From the human T2T-CHM13v2.0 reference genome, Homo sapiens, in the NCBI RefSeq assembly GCF_009914755.1, contig NC_060938.1: DNA of 64,000 nt. One strand, written 5' to 3'. Position 1 is the stretch's first letter, and each line of letters starts with the position of its first letter. The translations under genes and the position numbers were made by a program. The notes beneath the pieces were generated by a model. The model was not told the origin of the DNA and did not search any database. It saw nothing but the letters and a program-made list of their open reading frames with translations. Shown piece by piece: positions 1 to 14,236 of this stretch.

Positions 1-2049
1 CATTTTCAACATTATTAGTACTTTTAAAAATTGTCTTAAAAACCTACTTGGTTTTTAAGCTTGAGTTTGATGACAATAAAAACAAATGACTAAAGAAACA
101 TAAGAAATATTGTATCATAAATTTTTACTTAAAACAGAAACATTATGTTTTATAATTTCACTGTAGAGTCCTAACCCCTCAGAAACGATGTTTTATATTG
201 CTATATTGGGTCTAGCTGGACTATTATTCCATACATCTTCATTCGTGAAAAGTGATTTCCTCAAGTGTGAAAAGTGGTGAAATGTACAATTTTTAGTGTG
301 GACTTTCTTTATGACTTATGCAAATGCTTCAGTCATGTCTTGTAAAATTTTATTATCCTGTATCTTGCTATATCAAATAGTTCCATTTCCTCTCCAACAT
401 ATAGAGTAACTCTAGAATATCATTTAATGTAAAATGCTTATTTGATAAGTTTTATATGTTGCTATAAATAATAGTTTTAGGTGAATAAAATACATATCTT
501 CTACAATATGTTATATATATATAAAAATTCATCCTGACCCTTTATTTCCAACATTTAAGGAAAATATACAATTCCTGGAAGAACAATGATTTGAACCTTA
601 CACTTCACAAAAAATATATAAAATTTATGTTTATTTCTAGAAGACATTTAAAATATCTTATTGATAAGGTTTTCAGAGAGAATTAAAGTAATTAGAAACT
701 AGTTATAATATTTCACACATATTACTCTAATACCACAACATAAAATAAATTAGTGATTAAAGTAGTTAAGTAAGCACTGATAATTTCATCTTCATAATCA
801 CTAAATAAAATGTTTTATCAATTAAAAGATGAAGACACACAGTCCTCTTTCAGGAGCAAAGCAACCAACAGTAACAGTGACTATCATACATTGAACACAT
901 GATAAGTCATTTTGGCAGGTTCATCACCTGCCAAAATTTGTGGTCAACTGCACCACAAAAGGATTTAAAAGAGAATCTAAAGCTCATTTTTCCTCAGGAA
1001 CATTGATACTCTCCTGTCCACATCACTACCTGGGCTTACCACAACAAGAATCCTAAAGGACAGATGTCATTCCAATAGAGAAATGTCAACATTCTTAACA
1101 AAATAGAATCAAATAATTATTACTGAAGATCAAAGAAATCCTTCAATACATTTTTGTTTTGAATTTCTACATATAAATATAGTAAGCTAAATTCTCTCTC
1201 TCTATATATATATACATATGTAATTGAAATTGTTATTTTCTTTCTGAAATCTTTATGTACAATGCTTTCTTTTGATCCAGTCACTTAGGCACTTGCTATA
1301 TGGCATAAATTTAATGGATGTTTTATATTCTCATTATGAAGAAAGTAATTTTGCACATTATTGAATTGGAAATCACTCATCTAAGGAGAGATCATCTGTG
1401 CATTAGCCAGCATAACTATTTTATAGCCCTCGTTACACATGAGGGAGTGAAGTGATCATGGCTAGTATCATTAAACAGATGGCAGTGAATTTTTTCTCTC
1501 TTCTCTATAACTTAGAAGGAGTGTCCTTTCTTATTCTACTTCGAAATTAAGTTTAACCTAAAGAATAATGAAGGGTCAATTTCATGCTTTTTTTTAAAAA
1601 CTAGACTGTGGAACTTTACTGATAACCATCATTTCATTTGCCAATAATAAGTCAGATGATTTTTAAAAATATATCTAAAATCAATCATGTTGACTAGGAC
1701 TCAAAAAAACTTAAAACTAAATGAATTAAATATTAAACAACACCATACCTTTCCAGTACATAAGCAATCTATGGTTGATTTCAACCCTGGAAGATCAACT
1801 TTTCACATAAATTAAATATTATTCAAAATGTTAATGTAATTTTAGGTCCTAGGTCACAGATTAGCATTTTGATAACTAATTAAATTTATTAAATAGCTAT
1901 AAAACTATTAAGATATTGTTCTCAAAATGTTTCACAATAAATATTTTGCTGTGACATTTTCTGTAATTTCTATGACATTGTCCTTTTCTGAGTTTATTAA
2001 TTAATTGGAATAATTTATAATTTTTTATTTCTATTTTTATCTTTAATTA

Positions 2050-3010
2050 TGGCCCATACTTCATTTCTAATATTGCTTATTTCTTTTTATGTACCATCAT
2101 TGTGGTTTTTCTAATCTATTAACTTCAAGGGTAATAATTTAAATCTTGTTTCTTTGATTTTTATTTAATTTTTTAATAATTTTTACTTTTTCTTCTACTT
2201 TTGTTCATTTTTCTATTACACTTTTTCAAAATTGACTTTAGCTCATTAATTTTAATTTTCTTCTTATCTAATATGTGCACTTAAGGCTATAAATTTCCCT
2301 CTAAATACTTACTTTTCTATCTTCTACAAGTTTTTATGTAGGATTTCATAGCCCATTCATTGAAAATATTTTCCAATTTCCATTAAAATTTCTTATGTAA
2401 ATCAGCTGTTACTGAGAAATATTGTAATTTAAGTTTATAAATTTTTATACATATAGATGTTTAAAGTTTTTTTTTAATTGAGGTGTATATTTGTGTTTGC
2501 AGTCAGGGAATTTATACACTATTGATTGATAAGTATCTGTTGAGACTCATTTATTAGCTTGTAGTTGTAAATTTACCTAAGTATTGCACCGGGCTGAATA
2601 GATTGTATATTGTATATTTTCTGATATCTATTTCTATATATCTATATATATATATCTATATCTATCTATATATATAGATATAGATAGATATAGATATAGA
2701 TATAGATAGATATAGATATATATCTATCTATATCTATATCTATCTATATCTATATAGATAGATCTATATCTATATATATCTATATATAGATATAGATCTG
2801 TGGATATCTATATATATCTATCTATAGATATATAGATATAGATATCAGAAATATATAAACATATATTTATATATATTTATGATATATATATTTATGTATA
2901 CACACTCATTAGTCTAAATTCATTCATGTTGACCTTACTGTACTTCTTAATTTTAATTTCCAGTTATATTAATTTATAAAAGAGTCTTGTTAAATTATTG
3001 TAAAATTTGA
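2050..3010 (-). mobile_element. Old L1M ORF2 fragment (antisense), interrupted by an AT-rich repeat
   Basis: Antisense L1 motif 'aaggctataaatttccctctaaatac' (2283-2308); heavily diverged; boundaries approximate. Confidence 0.6.
2625..2900. repeat. Compound (TA)n/(TCTATA)n/(TAGATA)n microsatellite
   Basis: Directly visible. Confidence 0.95.
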
Positions 3011-3389
3011 TTGCAAATGTAGAAATAGATGGAAATAAAAAAATTCCTGGAACTAAGAAAATTTATAAAATCTTTTAAAATGAGAATTTCCTTAAAAAGT
3101 AGAGTAAAAGGTCATTTCTACATTTAAAAAATTTAGTTTCCTTTAATAAAAAAGACCAGGATGTACAATCATTGGGACACATTGTGGGCTAGAAGAAACT
3201 TAATTATATGTAATCAAAGAATACTTTTCTTAATTTGAGAAATATGAAATTGTCATGCAAAGTATACTCACCAGAATAAATAAATAAATATTAATTTAAA
3301 GTTAATGCTTAAGGGGTAGAATGTGTACAAAGAAAAAATTCTTAAAGTATTATTGCATAAAAATATCTATAAGTAGATGAATAAGTGAA

Positions 3390-3842
3390 TTATATTTTTA
3401 TATAATTCAGATCAAAGTCCAATATCTATCCATGATAAAAATTCTCAGTATTATAGAAATAGAAGTGAACTTCCTCAACTTAACAAAGCATTTCTACAAA
3501 ATTCCACAGCTAACATCATACTCAATGGTGACAAACTTGAAGCTTTCCCAAGAAGATGAGATAAAGGGAAGGATGTTCCCTCTCACCACTGCTTTTCAAT
3601 ATTATGCTGGAATTCCTAGCTAGCACAGCAAGACAAGACAGAAGTAAAAGGTATACAAACTGGAAAGAAAAAAATTAAAAGTGTCTTTGTTCACAGATGA
3701 CATAATCATCTTTGAAGAAAATCCTGAAGAATCAACACTAAAAAACACCTCAAACTAATAAGTAAACATACCAGGTTTTCTGAATAAAAGGTAAATATAC
3801 AAAAGTCTATTTCTTTCCTACGTGGTAGCAATAAACAAGTCA
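3390..3842 (+). mobile_element. L1M (probably L1MC) ORF2 RT-region fragment
   Basis: 'ggatgttccctctcaccactgcttttcaa' and 'gtctttgttcacagatgacataat' (decayed FADD region). Confidence 0.8.
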
Positions 3843-3844
3843 AT

Positions 3845-4395
3845 TGATATTGATTTTTTGGATTAAACCCTCAAAAGCACAGGCAAAGCAAACAAAAATA
3901 GAAAAATGGTATTATATGAAACTAAAATGCTCCTGAACAGCAAGAAACAATCAACAGTGTAGAGACAACCTACAGAACGAGAGAAAGTAATCACAAGCTA
4001 CGCAACTGTAAAAGGGTTAATATCCAAACTATATAAAGAACCAAAACAACTCAATATAAAAAAATAACACTCTGATAAAGAAATGGGCAAAAGATCTGAA
4101 TAGACATTTTTCAAAAATAACATACAAATGGCCACAAGTATATGATAAAATGTCAACATCAATAATCAAAGAAATGAAAATTATTACCACAAAAAGATAT
4201 CACCTCATCCAGTTAGAATAGCTATAATCAAAAAGATTTTTAAAAAATCAAATGTACATGAGGATATGGAAAAAGGTGAACTCTCATATGCTGTTGGTGA
4301 GGATGTAAATTAGTAGAGCCACTATGGTCAACAGTGTGGAGACTCTTCATAAAACTAAAAAAGGAACTATCATGTGATCCAACAATCCCACTACT

Positions 4396-4438
<43 letters not shown>

Positions 4439-4745
4439 CATATATAATATAGTAATCAATATATCAAAGAGATATTAGCATTCCCATATTTATTGCAGCA
4501 CTATTCACAATTGCCAAGATACGAAATCAATCTATGTGTCCATTAATGGATGAATAGATTTTAAAATGTGGCATATATACACAATGAAATACTATTCTTC
4601 CATAAAAAAGAATGAAATTCTGCCATTTGTGACAACATGGATGAACCTAGAGAACATTATGTTAAATGGAATAAGTCAAGCAATGAAGGACAAATGTCAC
4701 GTGTTATCACTCAGAGGTGAAATCTAAAAAAGTTTATCTCACAGA
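3845..4745 (+). mobile_element. L1MA-type 3' ORF2/3'UTR fragment without a poly(A) tail, with an internal (TG)n
   Basis: 'aaatgggcaaaagatctgaatagacatttt', 'ccatttgtgacaacatggatgaacctag'; stops at 'aaagtttatctcacagaa'. Confidence 0.8.
4399..4434. repeat. (TG)n microsatellite
   Basis: Directly visible. Confidence 0.97.
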
Positions 4746-4784
4746 ATTCCCCTGAGTGAAATCCATGTTGTCACAAATGGCAGA

Positions 4785-6064
4785 TCTTTAACTCAAAATG
4801 GATTCTAGACCTAAATGTGAAACACAAAACTAAAAAATCCTAGATGATAACAGTATAAAATATAATTGACCTTCTGTTTTGCAATTACTTTTTAGGTATG
4901 ACACCAAAGGCACCATCCATGACAGAAATAATTGATAAGTTAATTTCAGTGAAAGTAAAAATTTCCACTTTGCAAAAGACATATTAAGAGAATAAAGATA
5001 AGCCAAAAATTGGGAAAGAATGTTTGTAAAATACATATCTATTAAAGAACTATTCTCCAAAACATATGAAGAACCCTTAAACCTCAAGAATAAGAAGACA
5101 AACAAACAAACTGCAAAATGAGCAAAAGACCTCAATAGCCCCCTCACCAAAAAAGATTTACAGATGACAAGCATGTGAAAAGAAAACTGGAAAGCAGGAA
5201 AATGCACGAAGTTAATTACTACCAAATCCCTATGGAAATGTCCAAAATCTAGAAGAGTAACAATAAACGCTGGTGAGTATGTTGAACAATAGGAACTCTC
5301 ATTCATTGCTGGTGGAAATGCAAAATGATACAGCCACCTTGGAAAACAATTTGGCATTTTCTTACAAAACCAAACATTCTCTTCGTATTTGATTCAGCAA
5401 TTATGCCACTTAGTCTTTACTCAAAGGAGGTGAAAGCTTCCTGCATACAGATGTTTAGCAGCTTTATTCATAATTGCCAAATCTTAGATGCAACCAATGT
5501 CCTTCAGTAGGTAAATGGACAAATAAACTGCAATACATCTGGAGATGGATTGTTATTCAACACTAAAAATAAATGAGTTTTCAAGGCATGGAGGAAACCT
5601 AAATGCCTATTATAAAATGAAAGAAGCCAATCTGAAAAGCTATATGGTGTATGATTGTAACTGTATGACATTCTGAAAAAGTCAGAATTATAGCAACAGT
5701 GAAAAGGAATTGTAGTTTTCAGAGATTGGTAGGAGTGAAGAAAGAACAGGCAAGCACAGAAGATTATTGGAGCAGTAAAATTACTCTGTATAATACTATA
5801 ATGGTGCATATATGTCATTGTACATTTGTACATAGAATGTACAACAAAATAAGTGAACCTTAATGTAAACCATGGACTTTGAGTACCAATAATGTGTTAA
5901 TGTAGGTTTGTCAATTGTAAAAAATGTACCATTCTGGTGGGGGATAATGGGGAAGTCTATGCATATATGGGGGCAGTTGGTATATGGGAAATCTCTGTAC
6001 CATTCTCTGAATTTTTCTGGGAAAATCAACTGTTCTAAAATATACACTCTACTTTAAAAAAAAG
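4785..6064 (+). mobile_element. L1MC1/2-like 3' end
   Basis: 3'UTR motifs 'gtgaaccttaatgtaaaccatggactttg' and 'tatatgggaaatctctgtacc', A-rich end. Confidence 0.85.
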
Positions 6065-7009
6065 CATGAAATTGTGCTGATGGATGCATAAGCTGAAAAT
6101 CAAAATCTACCAAAACCTCATATACAGAAGCCTTTAATACAAAGAAAATCAAAAACAGGGTAAAGATCTGGACAATACTTGATGGTTTCTCCTAAAGCAA
6201 CTAACGTGATGACTGAAAATACGTATGTGCCACTAAATTAGGAAAACATTGTTTTGCCATAGCATGTTAGCAAATATTCACTTGAGGTCATTTTAAAACT
6301 GTTCAACCAATCAATAACAACTTGGTGCAATGAATTTGCCTTCATGAAACAAGAAATCAGTTTTAGCCTCTACCTTCTTCAAACTAGCCAGAGAGGGATG
6401 TATTATTTCAACAAACAGCTTTACAGTGAGGTTTTATAATACCACCCAAATTACCACAATTTTATATGTGATGGATAACTCTGGTGTTCCTGAAAATCCA
6501 CTTGAATTTTTTGCTGCTATGGAAAAGCATTAGCTCTAGAAAAAAGCCATTATGAGATTATTTTTACAACTCTGCTCAAAAATATCATGTCTAACTAGAA
6601 TGTCTTCTCTTCACTAACAATAATAATTCTGGTTTAGTGTTTTTATTATATTAACAGTTATACATTAGCAATCTCATCATCTGTTGAGATTTTATTCTAT
6701 TTAATATTTTAGCAACTTTTAAGACTTAATTCATACATGTCAAAGAATGTTAAGATTACCTCTAAGTATCTGAAATAAAAAGACAACCCAAATCTATTAT
6801 TGATTATAATAAAAGACAACTATACTCACCAGGTACAGTCTCTCTGAGTAGAACAGAATACTGATATTATGTAGAACCTTGACACAGAGTTATTGGCAGG
6901 TGTTCAAAATTTTAAGTGTTTTGACATCACATACAGAAATTCAGATACTCAGATGAAACTGTTGTTGATTGTGTGGCACTGAGAAACATATATATTATAG
7001 TTAATTCAT

Positions 7010-7780
7010 TTCATAAATTTGTTGATAATTTGAAAATCTTGAAGAAATTGATTAAATAATTGAATATAAATCAAACAAAATAACACAAAAGAGATTTTAA
7101 AATCTTCAAATGGCACTAAGCCCAAATTATTTTACAGGTGAATTCTACCATATATTTAAGAAACTAACTCAATGCTACACTAATAGCAACAGCTACGTGA
7201 GTATGGAGAATAGAATACAATGTTTCTTACTCTATCTCAAAAATAAGTAAATATTGATATGAAACTAGTAAATATAGTCCTAAAAAATAATAGACCAAGA
7301 AAATCTACAAATGTTAATAAAACAAACCTCAAATAAAAATAAGAAAACATAAATCAGATCTTTAAAACAGCATTACACCAGGCCAAAATGGTTTCTTGCT
7401 TGGAATAAAATGCTAATTAGGAGATATTACTATATTAGAAAATCTAGCAATATAGCTTTCATATCAGGAGACTAAAAGAACAAATAAATTAATATCTTCA
7501 TAGATACTGAAGTTTTATTGGTTAAAATTAAATATCTAGTTTGTATATATAATTCCTAATAAAATTAGAATACAATATTTCCTTGCATTTTAATATGCAT
7601 ATAAATGTATAATATGCATTATGCATTTGTCCAAACTCATAGACTGTACAATATAACAGGTAAATATTATATATTATATGTTAATATATAATATATATAA
7701 TAAAATAGGAAGTACCCCCTTCACACCTGATTTTTAGCATTAATTGGATTTAGCTAACAACAGAGACAAGGGAAAATAAT
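7010..7780 (+). mobile_element. Highly decayed L1M ORF2 remnant, probably continuing in pieces to ~9990
   Basis: 'ttttacaggtgaattctaccatatatttaag', 'atagatactgaag'. Confidence 0.5.
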
Positions 7781-7787
7781 AAGTGAT

Positions 7788-8377
7788 TATGGTAGACAGA
7801 ACAATGGCCCCACAAAAACGTTTATAGTCTAATCTCTGAAAAAAATGAATATGTTATAGCATGTACATAGCAAGAAGATGTAAGGCTAAAAACACAAATA
7901 AGTTTGATATTTTACTGACCTTAAAATAATGATATTATTCTAGATTATCCTGACGTGTCATTGCAATTGGAAGTCTTTTTGGTTTTGTTTTTTTTTTAAT
8001 GTGAAAGAAGGGGGCAGAATAACTAGTGTCAGAGTGATGCTAACAATGAGCCAAGGAACTGGGCAGTCTCTGGAAGACGGAGAAGACGAGAAGATGACGG
8101 CCGGGCGCGGTGGCTCACGCCTGTAATCCCAGCACTTTGGGAGGCCGAGGCGGGCGGATCACGAGGTCAGGAGATCGAGACCATCCTGGCTAACACGGTG
8201 AAACCCCGTCTCTACTAAAAATACAAAAAATTAGCCGGGCGAGGTGGCGGGCGCCTGTAGTCCCAGCTACTCGGGAGGCTGAGGCAGGAGAATGGCGTGA
8301 ACCCCAGGGGGCGGAGCCTGCAGTGAGCCGAGATTGCGCCACTGCACTCCAGCCTGGGCGACAGCGAGACTCCGTCT

Positions 8378-8411
<34 letters not shown>

Positions 8412-8600
8412 CGAGAAGATGAATTATTTCCTAGAGTTCCCAAAAATGGAACACACAGCTGGCAACACCTTAGTTTGGCCCAATGAGAACATTTTGAATG
8501 TTTGACCTTCAGAATTGTAAGAAAATAAATTTTGTTTTGCTTATTTAAGCCACTAAATTTGTGGAAATTTATTACTGCATTTACTAATAAAAACTAGTAA
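7788..8600 (+). mobile_element. MLT1D/E-like MaLR solo LTR, split by the AluYe insertion
   Basis: 5' 'tggtagacagaacaatggcccc'; 3' 'ttaagccactaaatttgtggaaattt...aaactagta'. Confidence 0.75.
8099..8409 (+). mobile_element. Full-length young Alu, AluYe lineage (Ye5-like)
   Basis: Diagnostic-type positions gcgAggtggc, aaccccagggggcggagcCtgc and gacagCgagac; CpGs intact; uninterrupted A run 8379-8409; 15-bp TSD aagacgagaagatga (8083-8097 and 8408-8422). Confidence 0.95.
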
Positions 8601-8891
8601 AGTGAATAAAATTGTAAAGCAGTTGAAAGGTTTTGTTATTTACAGATAGTATATACAGAAGGAAATGTATCATTGGAAAACCTGAGGATATTGAAAATTT
8701 TACAAAAAAATGAAAACATTTACCAAAGAGGCTAGAGAGAATTAATATATGAAAATCAATTATTTTGTTTAGAAAATATATAGAAATAAAATTACACTTA
8801 AAAAAACAAAAATAATAAAATGCACAGAAATAAACTTTAAAATGAGCTTGAAACATTTATGTAAAAATTTTAAAGATTGACTTACATTCTT

Positions 8892-9112
8892 CTTTTTTTT
8901 TTTCAGGAGTCTCCTGTCGCCCTGGCTGTAGTGGGGCAGTGGTCCCATCTCGCCCGCCTGCCTGGTTCAAGCAATTCTCTTGCTTCAGCCTCCTGAGTAG
9001 CTGGGACTACAGGCACACCACCATGCCCAGCTAATTTTTGTATTTTTAGTAGAACAGGGTTTGAAACTCCTGGCCTCAAGTGATTTGCCCATCCTGGGTC
9101 TCTCAAAGTGCT
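8892..9112 (-). mobile_element. Old Alu, 5'-truncated with internal deletions
   Basis: Antisense Alu; imperfect TSD acttacattctt (8880-8891) / acttgcattctt (9114-9125). Confidence 0.9.
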
Positions 9113-9244
9113 AACTTGCATTCTTAACTATGCATTGATGAGATTAAAAACACAAATACTCAGAGAAAAATTTAATTCACATATATTAATTAGTTTACTA
9201 TATTAATTTATATATGTTCCCTAATTAAAAATATGCAAAGCTAA

Positions 9245-9570
<326 letters not shown>

Positions 9571-10008
9571 GCAAAGCTAATATAAACAATCAAAGTATAT
9601 AAACAAAGTTTAACAAGTGATTCTGAAAAGAAGAATGAGATGATGATAGCTTTTTCAGATGTTAGAAATATACCGTAATTGATATTTCTGAAATATGGCT
9701 CTGTAGATGCAGTAGAGGAAAGAAACTAACATAGAAACTCAGGGAGACACTCAGGTATGGCAAATAACACACAATAAATCTTTACAATTGCAAATGATTT
9801 GACATAATTGTCAAAAACATAAGAACTTACTTTTCATAATCTTTTCTCAAAATTAACCTTGTTAAAGTCCCAACTCAACATGAGTAATAAAGGGATAGTG
9901 TGAGTTTCATAATTTATGACAATAAATTTTACAAACGACAGTAATTTTTAAATGGCTTGAGCAGTGCTAACGGTGAAAATTAAATATTGGCTGAAAAAAT
10001 ATTTTTTT

Positions 10009-10195
10009 TTGTATTCTTTTTTTTTATTATTTTACAGTTTTATTGAAGTATAATGTATTTACAATAAGCCTCTCATTTTATAGAGTACAATTTTATGTTT
10101 TGACATATGTATATACCCATGAAAGCATCAGCAAATAGATAATTATCATATTCTTCACCCCCAAAGACTTCCTTGTGCCTCTTTGTATCCTCTCT
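10009..10195 (-). mobile_element. Old L1MB8/MC/ME-type 3' terminus with A-rich tail, interpreted as sequence transduced by the adjacent young L1
   Basis: 'ttttattgaagtataa...ttttgacatatgtatatacccatgaaa...cacccccaaag'; minus-strand AATAAA at 10039-10044; lies inside the L1 TSD. Confidence 0.75.
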
Positions 10196-11794
<1,599 letters not shown>

Positions 11795-13148
11795 AATATT
11801 TCTTTAAGCATGCGCTAATTCAGAAACTTGCTGTGTAGCGAAATATAAGACTTCCTGGTAATTGTCATTTTCCAGATTAGGTTTCTATGACAGCTAGACA
11901 AAATTTCCCAGTCCAGTCAATACTAATTAACATTTTAATTGGCTCATGACACATTTTGGGGGTAAAAAGTTCCGCTTAAAAAATCTAATGGCTTTTTTGT
12001 TTTGTTTTTTAGGCATTTTTTTCAGGCTTTTCTACATTATGAATTATACTATTTGCATAATTTGAAAGCATCTATGAAGTTAACACTTTATAGATGTACT
12101 TTAAACACATTTCATTTTTATTGACTTGCTCATATATAATGTCTTTTCCACTAACATCTGCAGTGATATCATTTTGTGTACAACTGAGAAGAAATATTAA
12201 AATAAGAAAAATTAAATTGCAGAGGGAGTATTTTTGATAGAAGCATAATAGTTATTAGTAAATTATTCAGTAAAACTTGTCCCATAAGAACTACATTTAA
12301 GCTCTGTAGCATAATTTCCATCAGAAAAACATGACGATCTTAATGAGTCAATTCTAAAAGTCATATTTTCCTCAGGTGAGTAGGTTAATTGTCTATGCAA
12401 TTAATTAATTGCAAAAAACTTCTGCTATTGCTACCTACTTAAAAAGGACTGTTACCATGGTATTTTAGATACACATTTTATGAAAAATGCTATCTGTAGT
12501 AAATTTTGTTCTTTCTGCCTCTGAACAATTTTTAAAATATTGATAGATTTCTCAATTCATAAAGATGAAATGTAAATGTTTTAAAGACGGGAACTTTCAA
12601 TCCTCTATCACTTTGTACTTCCACATATTAGATCTCACCTATTTTCTTAAGCAAAGTCTGTATATGATACTATATTATTTATAAAGTGGTATAAAGTCAT
12701 TTTATTTCCAAATCAATTTGCTTTTTAGTAAGACTGAGGAAAATAGACCCCCTAAAAATGCTTTTATCTGCAGTAAGTTAGAAGATACACCACGTACACA
12801 CGAGGCTATGGAGCAACTGATTGGGAAAAGTCAAAATGTTCTTGTGTTTTGTTTATTTTTGCCTCTCTTTTGCAAATTATGGTTTTGAGTGTTACTTCTC
12901 ATTACTTTGTATTATTTTGAGTGTTACTTTGCAACCCAAGAAGATCGTTTCTGATAGCTTTCATGCACCCAACAGTAAGTTATTAGACACCTTCACGAAT
13001 AATGGAGGAAAAATGTATATCTTTCTTATATCTAAGAAATAGCATACCAAAGACAAATAGATCAAAAAGTTGTTTGCTAAAATTTGATGTTATTGTACTA
13101 CCAATGAAACAATAAACATACATACATCTTATGTACTTTTGGGTATAT

Positions 13149-13154
<6 letters not shown>

Positions 13155-13180
<26 letters not shown>
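13155..13180. repeat. (CA)n microsatellite
   Basis: Directly visible. Confidence 0.95.
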
Positions 13181-13186
<6 letters not shown>

Positions 13187-13399
13187 GTTACAGTCCTTGC
13201 CTCAATATTTGAATATGTCTGTAAACATTATGAAGCACTCAAAAGGGCAGACTCACCTCTATTTAACAGGAGGATTGAGGGTGAAATAAATTCTCAACAA
13301 ATTGAAGTCAAAACAAAGAAGCAAACAAACAACAACAACAAAATGCACCTGATAGTTCCTTGCAGAGAGCAGAATCAGGGACTAATTAATAAATATTCT

Positions 13400-14110
13400 T
13401 ATCCCAAGATAAGGAACTTCATATTACTTGTTGAGTGAGATGTGAGAACCTGTGATTACTGTATCACCCCCATTCTTCCCTTTTCTGGGAATGTCTTTCA
13501 GCTAGTGTTTCCATGTTCCACCATTACACATTGGGGGTATATAGAGCAGATTTTTTGTCTTATACTTAGTGCATAGTTCCAAAGACAAACATAAACATAC
13601 ATGGTGAAGAGACAAGGGCAAACTTTTCTACTTTCCAGGAATTTTGAACTCTAACTGTATAGGATTTAGGTCTCCCATAGGGAGCAAGTGAGTGTGCTCA
13701 ATGTGTCAGAAAGAAATCAAACCAAATAATTTCTCGTGAAAATAATGGACTGTGTTAGACATTAATGGTTATTGTCAAATATTCAGTTCTTCTCACTTCT
13801 GAAAGTGCTGCCAAATTTAGCAACTTATTAAATTTAAATTTCAAAAAAATCCACAAAGTGTAGTTTTTTTGATATATCATACTGTTATACTAAAACTATG
13901 TTTTTCTGTAAAATTAAAATTTAACTGTGCATCCTATATTTTACCCAACAATTCCACTCTGTGCCACATGACAGACTCTGCTTCCAAGGCTCAAGTACAA
14001 TTAAGAAAAGTCACTTGGCTAGTTTTACTAAAGGCTTTTGAAGAAAGATAATGCATGTCACCTCTAGATAAAACTATTTAATTGCCGCTATGCAACTCTT
14101 TTCACATTCT
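13400..14110 (+). mobile_element. Decayed MLT1 internal 3' end plus LTR remnant
   Basis: 'ggactgtgttagac' resembles an int/LTR junction; 'atgcatgtcacctctag...tatttaattgc'. Confidence 0.4.
13804..13955. mobile_element. MER53-like palindromic hAT MITE remnant
   Basis: 'tgccaaatttagcaa...aaatttaaatttca' and 'aaattaaaatttaactgtgcatcctatattttacc'. Confidence 0.55.
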
Positions 14111-14236
14111 TCTATCTCTAGGATCCAAGAGATAGATCCAAGAGATCTTCTATCTCTAGGATCAATTATACTTGAATTAAAGTAGACTTTAATTCAAAAG
14201 AGATTATACTTGAATTAAAGTAGACTTTAATTCAAG
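14108..14236. repeat. Nested short direct repeats plus a duplicated hairpin
   Basis: 18-mer x2, 12-mer x2 and 33-mer x2; the 33-mer carries 12-13 bp perfect inverted arms. Confidence 0.95.

Noticed and set aside
1340-1510. Unique sequence with E-box (CAGATGG) and homeobox-like words, as an enhancer
   Set aside because: Short motifs only; cannot be supported without conservation or chromatin data.
4830-5357. 175-aa minus-strand ORF
   Set aside because: Antisense reading of L1MC sequence; no recognisable domain.
14165-14236. Palindromic direct repeats resembling a CRISPR array
   Set aside because: Only two copies with a 5-nt spacer, in primate DNA with no cas genes.
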